DNA of 64,000 bases, taken from an uncultured Solirubrobacterales bacterium (GTDB taxonomy: Bacteria; Actinomycetota; Thermoleophilia; Solirubrobacterales; 70-9). Below, piece by piece: positions 52,691-63,340 of this stretch (its first letter is position 1; each line of letters opens with the position of its first letter). The notes below the pieces were generated by a model. The model saw nothing but the letters and a program-made list of their open reading frames with translations, was not told where the DNA came from and searched no databases. A program made the position numbers and the translations under genes. Where the stretch lies: positions 855,259 to 919,258 of the forward strand of contig CAVOHR010000001.1 of the NCBI GenBank assembly GCA_963695835.1, in the 5' to 3' direction.

Positions 52691-53591
52691 GGCCTCCTCC
52701 GAGCAATGCGACGGCGGTCTCCTCCTCGGTCTCGGGCAGCTCGGCCACCAAGTCGCCGAGCCGCTGGGAGCAGCGCAGCCCGGCCGCGTCCATGAACGCC
52801 CGCAGGCCGATCAGCTCGGCGCACTCGCAAAGCCAGCTCGCCCGCAGCCGCCCGGCCTCCAGGCGCGGCAGCGAGGCGTCCTTGCCAAGCGCGGCGTTCA
52901 AGGCGTCGCTGAGGTTGCGCCGCCCCGAGCTCTCGCCGCCGAGCAGGTAGCCCCGCCCGGCGAAGCGGGCGGCTTCCTCCAGGGGCGAGTGGAAGTGGGC
53001 CAGCACAGGCACCGCCCGCTCCCTGCGCCCCGAGACGCAGACCACGAGCCCCCCCGAGCGCCGGATGACGTCGCGCCCGCGCACGTGGCGAAGCTCGGCC
53101 CCGATCAGTCCCGCCCCCGCCCCCAGACAGACAAGCGCGGTGGCGCGCATCCGCCGTGCCTCGGTCGGCTGCGCAGCGGCGAGGCGCAGGAAGCCCTCGA
53201 TCTCCGCCTCCCCGTAGGGGGACTTGGCGCGCTCGCGCGGCAGCGGCGCCAGCTGCGGGGAGGGATGAGCCCGATGGACACGGGCCAGCGCCCGCAGGTT
53301 GGTGCGCAGGGTGCGTCGCGTCGCCGCGGAGACCGCCGGGCAACCCGTGAGGACGAAGCGCTCGATCGTCGCCTCCGCCAGCAGCGCCTCGGCGGAGAGC
53401 TCCATTCCCACCGACTTGCCGAAGGCGGCCAGCCGCCCGGCGGCGTAGAGCAGCGCCTTGGCCCGTTCGCGCCGGCGCGGAGCAGCCCGCCTCACCGCCG
53501 CACGGGCGAAGGCCCCCGCCTCGGGGGAGAGCGAGGCGGGGGCGTAGGCGGCGATCGCCGCTGCTGCGAGGTCGCCCTCTCGGGGACTCAT
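52680..53591 (-). CDS. Tyrosine-recombinase-like protein, copy 2
   Basis: Identical product to 49550-50461. Confidence 0.55.
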   Translation of the reverse strand: MSPREGDLAAAAIAAYAPASLSPEAGAFARAAVRRAAPRRRERAKALLYAAGRLAAFGKSVGMELSAEALLAEATIERFVLTGCPAVSAATRRTLRTNLRALARVHRAHPSPQLAPLPRERAKSPYGEAEIEGFLRLAAAQPTEARRMRATALVCLGAGAGLIGAELRHVRGRDVIRRSGGLVVCVSGRRERAVPVLAHFHSPLEEAARFAGRGYLLGGESSGRRNLSDALNAALGKDASLPRLEAGRLRASWLCECAELIGLRAFMDAAGLRCSQRLGDLVAELPETEEETAVALLGGGHGG

Positions 53592-53647
53592 GGTATCCGA
53601 CAGTAGAATTACTATCGGACAGACCGACGTAGGATCGCAAGTCACCC

Positions 53648-54013
53648 ATGAACGAGAGCCCCGAGGCCCGCCTGCGCGCGCTCGCCGCCGAGCTCGCCGA
53701 GATCGACTTCGCCCTGCCGGGGACGATCAACGTGGCGATGAACCGCTGCGGCAAGCCCAACTGCGCCTGCAAGGCCGACCCGCCCAAGCTGCACGGCCCC
53801 TACGTCACCTGGACGCGCAAGGTCGAGGGCAAGACCGTCACCCGCCGCCTCTCAGCCGAGCAGCTGGAGCGCTATCGCCCTTGGTTTGAGAACCGCAGGC
53901 GCCTGCGCGCGCTCACTGCCGAGCTCGAGGCGCTCTCCCTCGAGGTCGCCGAGCAGGCCGAGGGCTGGGCGCCTGCCGAGCCGCGCCGTCGCGGCGAACG
54001 ACGCGGCCGCTGA
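53648..54013 (+). CDS. Small Cys-motif protein (DUF6788-like), copy 2
   Basis: Identical product to 50518-50883. Confidence 0.6.
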   Translation: MNESPEARLRALAAELAEIDFALPGTINVAMNRCGKPNCACKADPPKLHGPYVTWTRKVEGKTVTRRLSAEQLERYRPWFENRRRLRALTAELEALSLEVAEQAEGWAPAEPRRRGERRGR

Positions 54014-54271
54014 GCACGCGCCGGTGTGGCCCCGCGCCGCTTAACGTGTGGTCGCTGCGAAGACTGTCCGCGGAATCCGCATCGGTATGCGGCTGGTGGC
54101 AAACGTGAAGACCTCACTCTTTTTTCGAAGTGGCAATGGATCCGTTTCTCATAGCCACAATCCACCCGAAACCACCCGGAAGAACAGGAATCCAGGCCGT
54201 CTGCGGGTTGCAAGGATGGCTCGGTGACGATCCCGATTTTCCGCATTCCAAAGCGGTTTGCGGCCGATCCT

Positions 54272-54344
54272 GGCGAAGGAAATCGATTCTGGAGCCTGTG
54301 GCCTGAAAATCGTGGTGTCGTGGGTTCGATTCCCACCCTCGCCA
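54272..54344 (+). pseudogene. attR-like hybrid: degenerate tRNA-like 5' part plus authentic tRNA-Phe 3' half
   Basis: 54303-54344 (ctgaaaa-tcgtg-gtgtc-gtggg-ttcgatt-cccac-cctcgcc-a) completes the 22906 fragment. 54272-54302 (ggcgaagg...gagc...) only faintly resembles a 5' half. The 26 nt upstream match the upstream of the intact tRNA at 47755-47780. Confidence 0.75.
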
Positions 54345-54469
54345 TAGTTTTCCCCCTGCAAATCGACGTGTTTTTGGACTGAGTCGACCTTCGTGACCTA
54401 CGCCGCAGCCCGCAGGCGTGGCCGCAGGCGGGTCGTATTTGTTGCGGTAAGGGCCTCCGCGTCGCTCCC

Positions 54470-54900
54470 GCCAGAAATTCAGCTCGGATCAGCTCGCGGC
54501 GCAGGGCGGCAAGCACGTCGAGCATCGAGGGATCGCGCTTCTGGGAGTACCAGGGCGCCTCTCGCCGGCGACGATCGATGTCGGCTGCGGGGTCGGCGTT
54601 GAGCGCGTACCAGGCGACCGCCACGCTCTGGCAGAGCAGGCCGAACGGCACGGTTCGCTCGACCGCCCGCCGCACCCTGTTGCGTCGATAGACCCAGGTT
54701 CGCCGCGTCGAGTCGCTCGAGCCTGGCCGGACCCATGGATGGTCGCCCAACACCGAATCGGTTGGGTCGTCAGGCATTCCTGTCGCGACTGCTTTTCGTC
54801 CAGAGCGGGCGTGAGCGCGGCCCGCGGATCTCGCGCTGGGAGAGTCCTTCGACATTTGCCATCCGCCTGATCTCGGCCCACTGCTCCACGCTCAGCAATG
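54470..54900 (-). pseudogene. Decayed transposase remnants (HTH N-terminal piece and a C-terminal piece, several frameshifts)
   Basis: LSVEQWAEIRRMANVEGLSQREI (IS21-like HTH) around 54800-54890. APWYSQKRDPSMLDVLAALRRELIRAEF (transposase C-terminus) around 54480-54570. The 327-aa ORF is a chimeric read-through. Confidence 0.5.
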
Positions 54901-55134
54901 CCTTCCTCCTGTTTCGATCGCCAGATCGAGCCAGGGTCTGGGTCCGGTCGGATGGCTCCGGCCCTGCGCCAGGTGGACCAGTTTTAGGCCGGCGCAGGTG
55001 GACCAGTATTCAGGCGGCGCCTACAGTCGAAACCGGGGGAAGACCAAAGCCCCGCCAAACGCCGGCGAGCGATCGCGTGAGTCAAGGTCAAGCTGTCAAC
55101 TCGGGCTGTCCATCAAACAACTACGCTCATCCGG

Positions 55135-56112
55135 ATGCTTGTCCCTGAGAGGCCCTCAGTGCGTCGCCTGCCCGGATATGCCTTCGCAGCGCTTGGAGCA
55201 GTTCTCCTCGTGTGCATGCTGCCCACGACGGCCACCGGAGCTGGCTCGATCGCGCGTCCCGAGGCGAGAATCCTGAGCGCGTCGTGGGGTACCGACAACG
55301 CAGTCGGCTGTCCGACTGGCGAACAGGGTCTCGACAACATCCCCGTCACCTTCAACTGGTTCATCCGTCGCTCATCGATTCAGACCACGGACTTCCGAGT
55401 CGTGCGAAGCGATGGAAGTATCGCGACGCCGACCTGCGCACTTCAGTTCCCGCCGGACGAGTCGGACGAGGGTCAGACGGTGAATCTGATTGGCGATTTC
55501 GGGGATTCGGTGAATGGCCCGACGCCGGTTGCGATTCGCGTTGTTGGGGCGCTGCAGGGCAGGGCTCTCGGAGCGATTCGATGGAGGCAGATCCCGCCCA
55601 CGCCGAAGGCCGGGGTAGAGCCGCTGTCCGAAGGCCCCTACATCGTGGACGCGTGGACGCTCACGCCTGCGATCTACCACGGTGACGCCAACCGTTGCAC
55701 GGTCGGCAAGACCTTCGTCCGCGTGATGTGGTCCAACGGACTCACGGCCTACCCCACGGGTGCCGAGGTTGGCGCCCCCGTTGTCGCGTCCTACCGCGCC
55801 ATCTACAAACTGCCGAACGGCCAGGTCGTCGCAGTTGCCCCGCTCGATGTCGCCGATCTCCACGATCATGCGAACTCGGCCAACGCCGACAACATGCATG
55901 ATCTCTGCCTCCCGCGGCCCCCTCGTGGTGCGAAGCTCACGGGAGTGACGATCGGCGGCAGTCTGATTCAGGACCCCAATGGCGATCCGAACGTCGCTCA
56001 GAAGTTCAGAGCACCGCGGCCTGGCAGGCACACCCAGGCGCAGTGGTTGCTTAGCGGCGGGTATGTCGGCCAGACGGTCTACTCCGCTGTCCGCTGGAAT
56101 CGCGCCGCTTAG
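55135..56112 (+). CDS. Secreted hypothetical protein
   Basis: Signal peptide (VRRLPGYAFAALGAVLLVCMLPTTATGAGS), protein-like composition, no motif recognised. Confidence 0.55.
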   Translation: MLVPERPSVRRLPGYAFAALGAVLLVCMLPTTATGAGSIARPEARILSASWGTDNAVGCPTGEQGLDNIPVTFNWFIRRSSIQTTDFRVVRSDGSIATPTCALQFPPDESDEGQTVNLIGDFGDSVNGPTPVAIRVVGALQGRALGAIRWRQIPPTPKAGVEPLSEGPYIVDAWTLTPAIYHGDANRCTVGKTFVRVMWSNGLTAYPTGAEVGAPVVASYRAIYKLPNGQVVAVAPLDVADLHDHANSANADNMHDLCLPRPPRGAKLTGVTIGGSLIQDPNGDPNVAQKFRAPRPGRHTQAQWLLSGGYVGQTVYSAVRWNRAA

Positions 56113-56290
56113 CGCGATTTGCGAGCGCGTCGACTGCCAGCCGTAGACGCCCGCAACGGACGAGCCGCAGCAGTCTCCGCGACGCTCCGCGAGCTTCTCG
56201 CTCTCGCAAGACGAAGCGGGAGCGCCGTTCCTGACGCCCCCGCCGTCGCCGCGTCGGGTGGTTAGAGCCGCAGGCCGGCGCTGGCCGGCA

Positions 56291-56710
56291 TCATCGGCGC
56301 CCGCCTCGCACGGACGGCCGCGATGATCTCCTCAGCCGCTGGCGCTCTGCCATCCAGGGGCGGAGCTGCTCGAAGCCCCACTCGTCCATGCCGACCTCCC
56401 GCCGGCGCCCGCCCTTGCCGCGGCGGACGAGGATGGAGCCACGGTGCGGGTCGAGATCGCGCTCGCTGAGCGCGAGCGCCTCCTGGATGCGAAGCCCGCC
56501 ACGCCAGAGGACGGCGATCACGGCGCGCAGCCGAGCGCCGTGGCGATCACCTCCAACCTGGCGCATCACGGCGACGATCTCCTCGACGCTCGGCGGGTCG
56601 GCCGGATAGCGCATCCCCTTGTTGCGGGGCGGTCGTCCGGCGTGGTAGCCGGGCATCGTCGCCGGCGAGCGGCGGCGTCCGGCGGAGTCGAGAACGGTGG
56701 ATACGGTCAT
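56291..56710 (-). pseudogene. XerC/D-like tyrosine recombinase fragment (box I region only)
   Basis: RLRAVIAVLWRGGLRIQEALALSERDLD...ILVRRGKGGRRREVGM. The His-x-x-Arg and Tyr regions are absent. Confidence 0.65.
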
Positions 56711-56786
56711 GGGATCCTCCTCCCAAGAAGACAGCGGATCCCACCGCACTACCAGGACGGACCAGCAACCAGGTGGGCGAGCTGAG

Positions 56787-57197
56787 CTACGCGATCGGCC
56801 GCATTGCGTCGCGCACTGACGGCGCGAGCTGCTGGGTGTAGTCCCGGAGCTGAAGCTGAGGATCCAGTCGGCGAGATCGGGATCGGACGCTTCGATCCGG
56901 TAGCCGTTCAACTCGAGGAAGGTCAGCATGGCGACGAGCGCCAGGCGCTTGTTGGCGTCGATGAACGCCTGGCTCTCGGCGATGCCGTGCGCCAAGGCGG
57001 CGGCCTGCAACGCGATGATCGGCGTCTTCGTAGTCGGCGTAGCTGCGCGGCCGGGCGAGAGCGCCTTCGAGAGCGCCCTGGTCGCGAAGCTGATCGGCGG
57101 CCTGCGCGGGCGTGCCGCTGATGATCGCCGCGTACAGCCCGAGCGCGTCGACGAACTCCAGGTAGATCGGCTCGCCCGTGCCTTCCACCTCGGGCAC
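56787..57197 (-). pseudogene. doc: Doc (Fic-fold) toxin with two frameshifts and an altered catalytic motif
   Basis: The N-terminal 60 aa and last 17 aa are in one frame. The middle ~70 aa (IIALQAAALAHGIAESQAFIDANKRLALVAMLTFLELNGYRI) are in another. The motif reads QAFIDANKR where Doc has H-x-F-x-D-A-N-K-R. Confidence 0.65.
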
Positions 57198-57204
57198 CGG
57201 CGAT

Positions 57205-57459
57205 CTACTGTGGAGTTGACTCGGAGTCTGGGTCGTGCTCGGCGAGGATCTTCAACGCCTCGGGGTGCTCGGCGACCACGCGCTCGCCGATCGTGCGGAT
57301 CCTCTCCCGCAGCTGCTCGGTCGGCAGGATCCGAAGCTCGCCGCCGTCGAGCTCCTCGACCAGCACGGAGGTGCCCGGGGCATAACCGTGCGCCTCGAAC
57401 TCGCGGGGAATCGAAACCACGTTGCTGTTGCCGACGCGGCGGACCTTGACGATCTTCAT
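57205..57459 (-). CDS. AbrB/MazE/SpoVT-type antitoxin (Phd-equivalent)
   Basis: MKIVKVRRVGNSNVVSIPREF swapped-hairpin motif, directly upstream of doc. Confidence 0.7.
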   Translation of the reverse strand: MKIVKVRRVGNSNVVSIPREFEAHGYAPGTSVLVEELDGGELRILPTEQLRERIRTIGERVVAEHPEALKILAEHDPDSESTPQ

Positions 57460-57792
57460 GGCGCCAGTATACACGGGGATATCCCGAGACTTCGGCGCCA
57501 CGCGCGGCTCCCGGATCCGCCAGGTGGAGCGAGAGCCTCGGGTCCAAGCTGGGTCGATGTCCAGATGAGTGCCCTTCGTCCACGGCGAGAGTGAGCTGGC
57601 AGTCGGTCAAGAGTGCTGCAACCACGCGAAGGGAGGCGCGCGGTTCGCTGGCGCAACGGGACGACCTGACCTCGTGCTGCCGGTCATCCGGAGCCGAAGC
57701 GGAAGCGATGCAATCGTCGCTGCGAGTCCGCCGGTGACCCGAGTCGGCTAGCGTCGCCGTGCACTGCAATGGGGTGGTAAGGAGGAGCGAGC

Positions 57793-58653
57793 ATGGAATC
57801 CAAGGCGATCGACCCGGTCGACTTCCGCAAGGCGCAGCACAAGCACTGGGACTCTGCTGCGGTGGGATGGAAGGAGTGGAGCGAGTTCAATGACAGGGCA
57901 GACGGGCACATCAGCAAGCGGCTGGTGGAGCTCGCTGACGTGCAGTCGGGAAGCCGGGTCCTGGACGTCGCCGCCGGCTATGGCGAGCCGGCGCTCACCG
58001 CCGCGCGCAAGGCCGGCCCGGAGGGCCGCGTCGTGGCCACGGACATCTCCGCCGAGATGCTCGCGTTCGGGCGTGAACGCGCGGCGGCGGCCGGCTTGGG
58101 CAACGTCGAGTTCATGGAGTCGGACGCCTCCAGCCTCGATTTTCCGCACGCGAGCTTCGACGCCGCCGTCTCGCGCTGGGGAATCATCTTCGAGCCTGAC
58201 GCGGAGGCCGCCGCGGGGCGCATCCGAGGCTTCCTCAAGCCGGGCGCGCGGATCGCGATCAGCTCGTGGGGCGAGCCCGATCGGGTCCCCTTCCTCTCGA
58301 TTCCGATGAGGACGACGATGGAGCGGCTGAATGTGCCCCCGCCCCCGGCCGGAACGCCCGGGCCCCTCTCCCGGCCCACCCCCGCTGCGATCGGCGGGTT
58401 GCTCGAAGGAGGTGGGTTCTCGAAGGTTGCTGTGGAGCAGGACGAGGTCACCTTCGAGTTCGACTCCCCGGAGCACTTCACCGCCTACATCAGGGCGATC
58501 TCCGCCCCGATCCGGGCGATGATCGAGCAGCACGCAGGCGAGGCCCAGGAGGAGGCCTGGGACGCGATCACGCAGGCCGCAGCGGAGGTGGGGGGTGGCT
58601 CGAAGCCGCTGAGCTTCTCGAACGTGGTGCTGCTCGCCTCGGCAACCGCCTAG
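57793..58653 (+). CDS. Class I SAM-dependent methyltransferase
   Basis: Motif I VLDVAAGYGEPAL, acidic loop ATDIS, typical length. Confidence 0.8.
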   Translation: MESKAIDPVDFRKAQHKHWDSAAVGWKEWSEFNDRADGHISKRLVELADVQSGSRVLDVAAGYGEPALTAARKAGPEGRVVATDISAEMLAFGRERAAAAGLGNVEFMESDASSLDFPHASFDAAVSRWGIIFEPDAEAAAGRIRGFLKPGARIAISSWGEPDRVPFLSIPMRTTMERLNVPPPPAGTPGPLSRPTPAAIGGLLEGGGFSKVAVEQDEVTFEFDSPEHFTAYIRAISAPIRAMIEQHAGEAQEEAWDAITQAAAEVGGGSKPLSFSNVVLLASATA

Positions 58654-58680
58654 CGCCCGCCTCGCACAACTCGGGAGGCA

Positions 58681-59150
58681 GACCCGCGCGATCACGCCCA
58701 GCCAGCCCGGCATGATGCTGAGTGGATAAAGCGCCGAGGAGGCGAAGAAGAGCGGCATCATCACGAGCTGGCCAATGCCCATGAAGCGCTCGCGCTCCTT
58801 GACCGCTGCGGCGCCCGGTTGTGGCGCAGCTTGCGAATCTCCGCTTGGGGCATCGCCAAGCCTCCCTTCTCGGTGCTCGTCGATCCGCCGCCCGGTCACG
58901 GTGGTGAAGACCTCCTCCAGGCTCTGCAGTCCGTGGCGGGCGCAGAGCTGCGCCGTCGTGCCCTGCTCCACTAGGTGGCCCTCGTCGATGATCACGAGGC
59001 GCCGGCGCCGTTTGGGCCGAGCAGCCCGAATACCTCACCCGGCGCGACGGCAAAGGAGACCCCGGCGACCGCCTCCAGCTCGTCGAAGCGAACGACTAGC
59101 CCCTCGACCGAGACCGCCGGCACGGGAGGGCTTATGGATGTGGCGGCCAT
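58681..59150 (-). pseudogene. ABC-2 exporter remnant: ATPase N-terminus plus ATPase C-terminus plus permease C-terminal piece
   Basis: MAATSISPP...VFGLLGPNGAGAS breaks inside Walker A. It is joined out of frame to IIDEGHLVEQGTTAQL...SLEEVFTTVTG, then to FMGIGQLVMMPLFFASSALYPLSIMPGWL. Confidence 0.7.
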
Positions 59151-59584
59151 CAGTTCTCCGCCAGGCGCCGCAGCAGTTCGACTGCGTCGCGCAAGGTGGC
59201 CTGCTCTTCGGGTGAGAGCTGCTCGGCGATTGCACTTGCCAGCCAGCCCTCGCGCCGGCGGCGCTCCGCCTCGAGCGCCACCCGTCCCTCGGCGGTCAGC
59301 TCGACCGGAGCGCGGCGGCGGTCATTGGGATCGGGGCGCCGCATGACCAGCCCGTCTGCCTCCAGGTCGCTCACCGTCTGCGCCATCGACTGCGGCCTGA
59401 CGCGCTCGGCCTGGGCGAGGTCGCTGACGCTCAGCGCGCCCTCACGATCCAGCCTGCCAAGCACGGCGCCCTGGGAGAGGGGGAAGCGGTGCTCGGCGCG
59501 CAGCCGGCGCACCAGACCACCGAGCACGGCGCGAAGCTCGCTCGCCACCAAGGCGGGATCCGTGTCGCTTGCCATACCGGGCAA
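59150..59584 (-). CDS. MarR-family transcriptional regulator
   Basis: Winged HTH: LSVSDLAQAERVRPQSMAQTVSDLEADGLVMRRPDPNDRRRAPVELT. Confidence 0.85.
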   Translation of the reverse strand: MPGMASDTDPALVASELRAVLGGLVRRLRAEHRFPLSQGAVLGRLDREGALSVSDLAQAERVRPQSMAQTVSDLEADGLVMRRPDPNDRRRAPVELTAEGRVALEAERRRREGWLASAIAEQLSPEEQATLRDAVELLRRLAEN

Positions 59585-59602
59585 AATCTACAGGAAGCCT
59601 GA

Positions 59603-61540
<1,938 letters not shown>

Positions 61541-61635
61541 CGCCGGGCACCGTGGGAGGTGTCTGTCCGGCTCCGAGGCGCGCAGGGGCCGCCCGGTGCT
61601 CGTCGACGGCCGCGGCTAACACTCCGACGCGAACG

Positions 61636-62070
61636 TCACTTCGCTCTTGCGCTGATCTCGTCTGCGAGAGCTTTCGCGAGCCCTGGAGGCGAGCTGGGTC
61701 TGCGCGCCTTCAGGGTCTTGTACCGCTCCTCGATCGGCTGAAATGCGAGCTCACCCATCAAGTAGGCGTAGCTGGAGTCGCCCAAGCCGAGATCGGCGTG
61801 GGCGTCGACATGAACGACCTCAAATGGCGCAGCCATCCGCCCCGCGTCGATCGCTTCCCCCCAGCGGTAGAAGAGCTCGTTGTGATGCTCAATCACGAAC
61901 CCAGGCCGTCGCCCATCCAGTTGGCATCGCTCGGCCAGGAAGGCGATCGCGACATCGAGAGGCCATGGCGGATACTCCTCGGGTCGAGGCGCTCATCCGC
62001 TGAGTCCAAATAGTGGGCTGTGCCGCAAAGGAAGAAGTCGATGTCGATGTCGATGTCGAGTACCCGCACA
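61636..62070 (-). pseudogene. UPF0489-like protein, frameshifted
   Basis: VRVLDIDIDIDFFLCGTAHY is in one frame. EEYPPWPLDVAIAFLAERCQLDGRRPGFVIEHHNELFYRW...HVDAHADLG is in another. The shift is near 61985-62000. Confidence 0.55.
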
Positions 62071-62185
62071 AGACGGGGCACGTTAATCGGTGGTTGGCGC
62101 AGGTTCCCGCCGCCATCTTTCCGGAGTTGGCCGCCGGTGGATGAAATCCCACACACCTAGGCCCTAAGTGTGTAGACTTTTTGGA

Positions 62186-62788
62186 ATGCGATCCAGCGAA
62201 GTGCTCGACATCGCGCGTCATGCCGGAGGGATCTCGTCGGCCGCAGAGCTGATCGAGCGAGGTGCCCGCTGGGACGATCTCTACCGACTACGAGATAGCG
62301 GTGAGCTGATCGAGCTCTCCCGCGGCGTCTTCCGTGTCGCCGATGCTCCGGCGACCGCTCACCTCGATCTGGTGGCCGTGTGCCGCCGGGCGCCGGAGGG
62401 GATGATCTGCCTCAACTCCGCCGCCAGCTACTGGGACCTGAGCGACGAGATGCCCCACGCGGTCCACCTGGCGATAGCCCGCGGGAGGCATCGCCCGAGG
62501 ATCGCCTACCCGCCGACGCGGGTCCATGTCTTCGCCGCCGCGACGTTTTCACTTGGGCGCGAGATGGAGAAGATCGATTCGGGCGAGACGATCGCGATTA
62601 GCTCCAAGGAGCGCACGGTCGTCGACCTCATGCGGTTGCGCTCTCGCGTGGGCCGCGACCTAGCGCTGGGGGCGCTGCGCAGGTATCTCCAGAGCGGCGA
62701 TGCCAAGCCAGGCGAGCTGCTCGCGCTGGCACGCCGTCTGCGCGTCGGCTCGGTCATGGCCGAGGCGATGGAGCCTCTTCTGGCGTGA
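62186..62788 (+). CDS. abiEi: AbiEi-family type IV antitoxin
   Basis: SSEVLDIARHAGGISSAAELIERG...LYRLRDSGELIELSRGVF wHTH, and C-terminal SSKERTVVDLMR typical of AbiEi. Confidence 0.7.
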   Translation: MRSSEVLDIARHAGGISSAAELIERGARWDDLYRLRDSGELIELSRGVFRVADAPATAHLDLVAVCRRAPEGMICLNSAASYWDLSDEMPHAVHLAIARGRHRPRIAYPPTRVHVFAAATFSLGREMEKIDSGETIAISSKERTVVDLMRLRSRVGRDLALGALRRYLQSGDAKPGELLALARRLRVGSVMAEAMEPLLA

Positions 62789-63291
62789 CCGAGCGCACGC
62801 CCCGGGGGGCCTATCTCGACCTGCAGAAGCTCGCCCGCGACCAGGGTCGCAATACGCAGCAGCTCTTGCGGATCGACTACCCGACGCTGCTCGGCGATCG
62901 GGGCTTCCCGCTCCTGGGCTACCCATTGGAGAGCGTGATCGCCGAGAAGGCCGACACGATGATGTTCCTCGGCGATGCGAACACCCGCGACCGCGACTAT
63001 GGCGACGTCTATCTGCTCTCGCAGATTCATGCCATCGAGGCGGACGCCCTGCGTAGCGCGCTACGCAGGGTCGTCGAGCATCGGGGCCACGAGGTGCGCC
63101 CACTTGGGCCACTCCTGGAAACCCTTCGCGAGAGCCGGCAGCAGCCTTGGGAGGCGTTTCGCGCCCGCGCTGGCTTGGCCGGCCTGCCAGAGCGCTTCGC
63201 CGACGTCGTCGATGTGGTCGTCGATCTCGTTGACGGACTGCAGGAGGTCGACAACTCGACTTGGAATCCGGCTACACGGCGATGGGAGTAG
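62785..63291 (+). pseudogene. abiEii: AbiEii/AbiGii nucleotidyltransferase toxin lacking the NTase core (internal deletion)
   Basis: The N-terminal YLDLQKLARDQGRNTQQLL is joined to the distal part GYPLESVIAEKADTM...RDRDYGDVYLL. It is 168 aa instead of ~290. The GTG overlaps the abiEi stop. Confidence 0.6.
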
Positions 63292-63340
63292 GCGCGATGA
63301 CGCTTCCGCTCGTTGGGCCGGGTAACGCCCCTGGCATCGG

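Larger units (their letters stand above)
50991..54115. mobile_element. IS-like element, copy 2 (3,125 bp)
   Basis: Offset of exactly 3,130 bp from copy 1. I found a single difference (50276 C vs 53406 T, synonymous). Flanked by ACTCT. Confidence 0.85.
22949..54302. mobile_element. Decayed ~31.4-kb integrated island splitting tRNA-Phe
   Basis: Bounded by a 12-bp direct repeat ctgaaaatcgtg (22937-22948 and 54303-54314) in the two tRNA halves. It contains an integrase remnant, TA genes, IS copies and many gene fragments. Confidence 0.75.

Noticed and set aside
53872-54855. 327-aa minus-strand ORF as a single gene
   Set aside because: It is a chimeric read-through. It covers antisense of the IS copy-2 end, antisense of the tRNA fragment (MARVGIEPTT is a classic tRNA-antisense translation), and a transposase C-terminal remnant.
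56291-57769. 492-aa minus-strand ORF as a single gene
   Set aside because: It strings together an integrase stump, the out-of-frame middle of doc, and antisense of the antitoxin region. Only the sub-segments have protein-like sequence.
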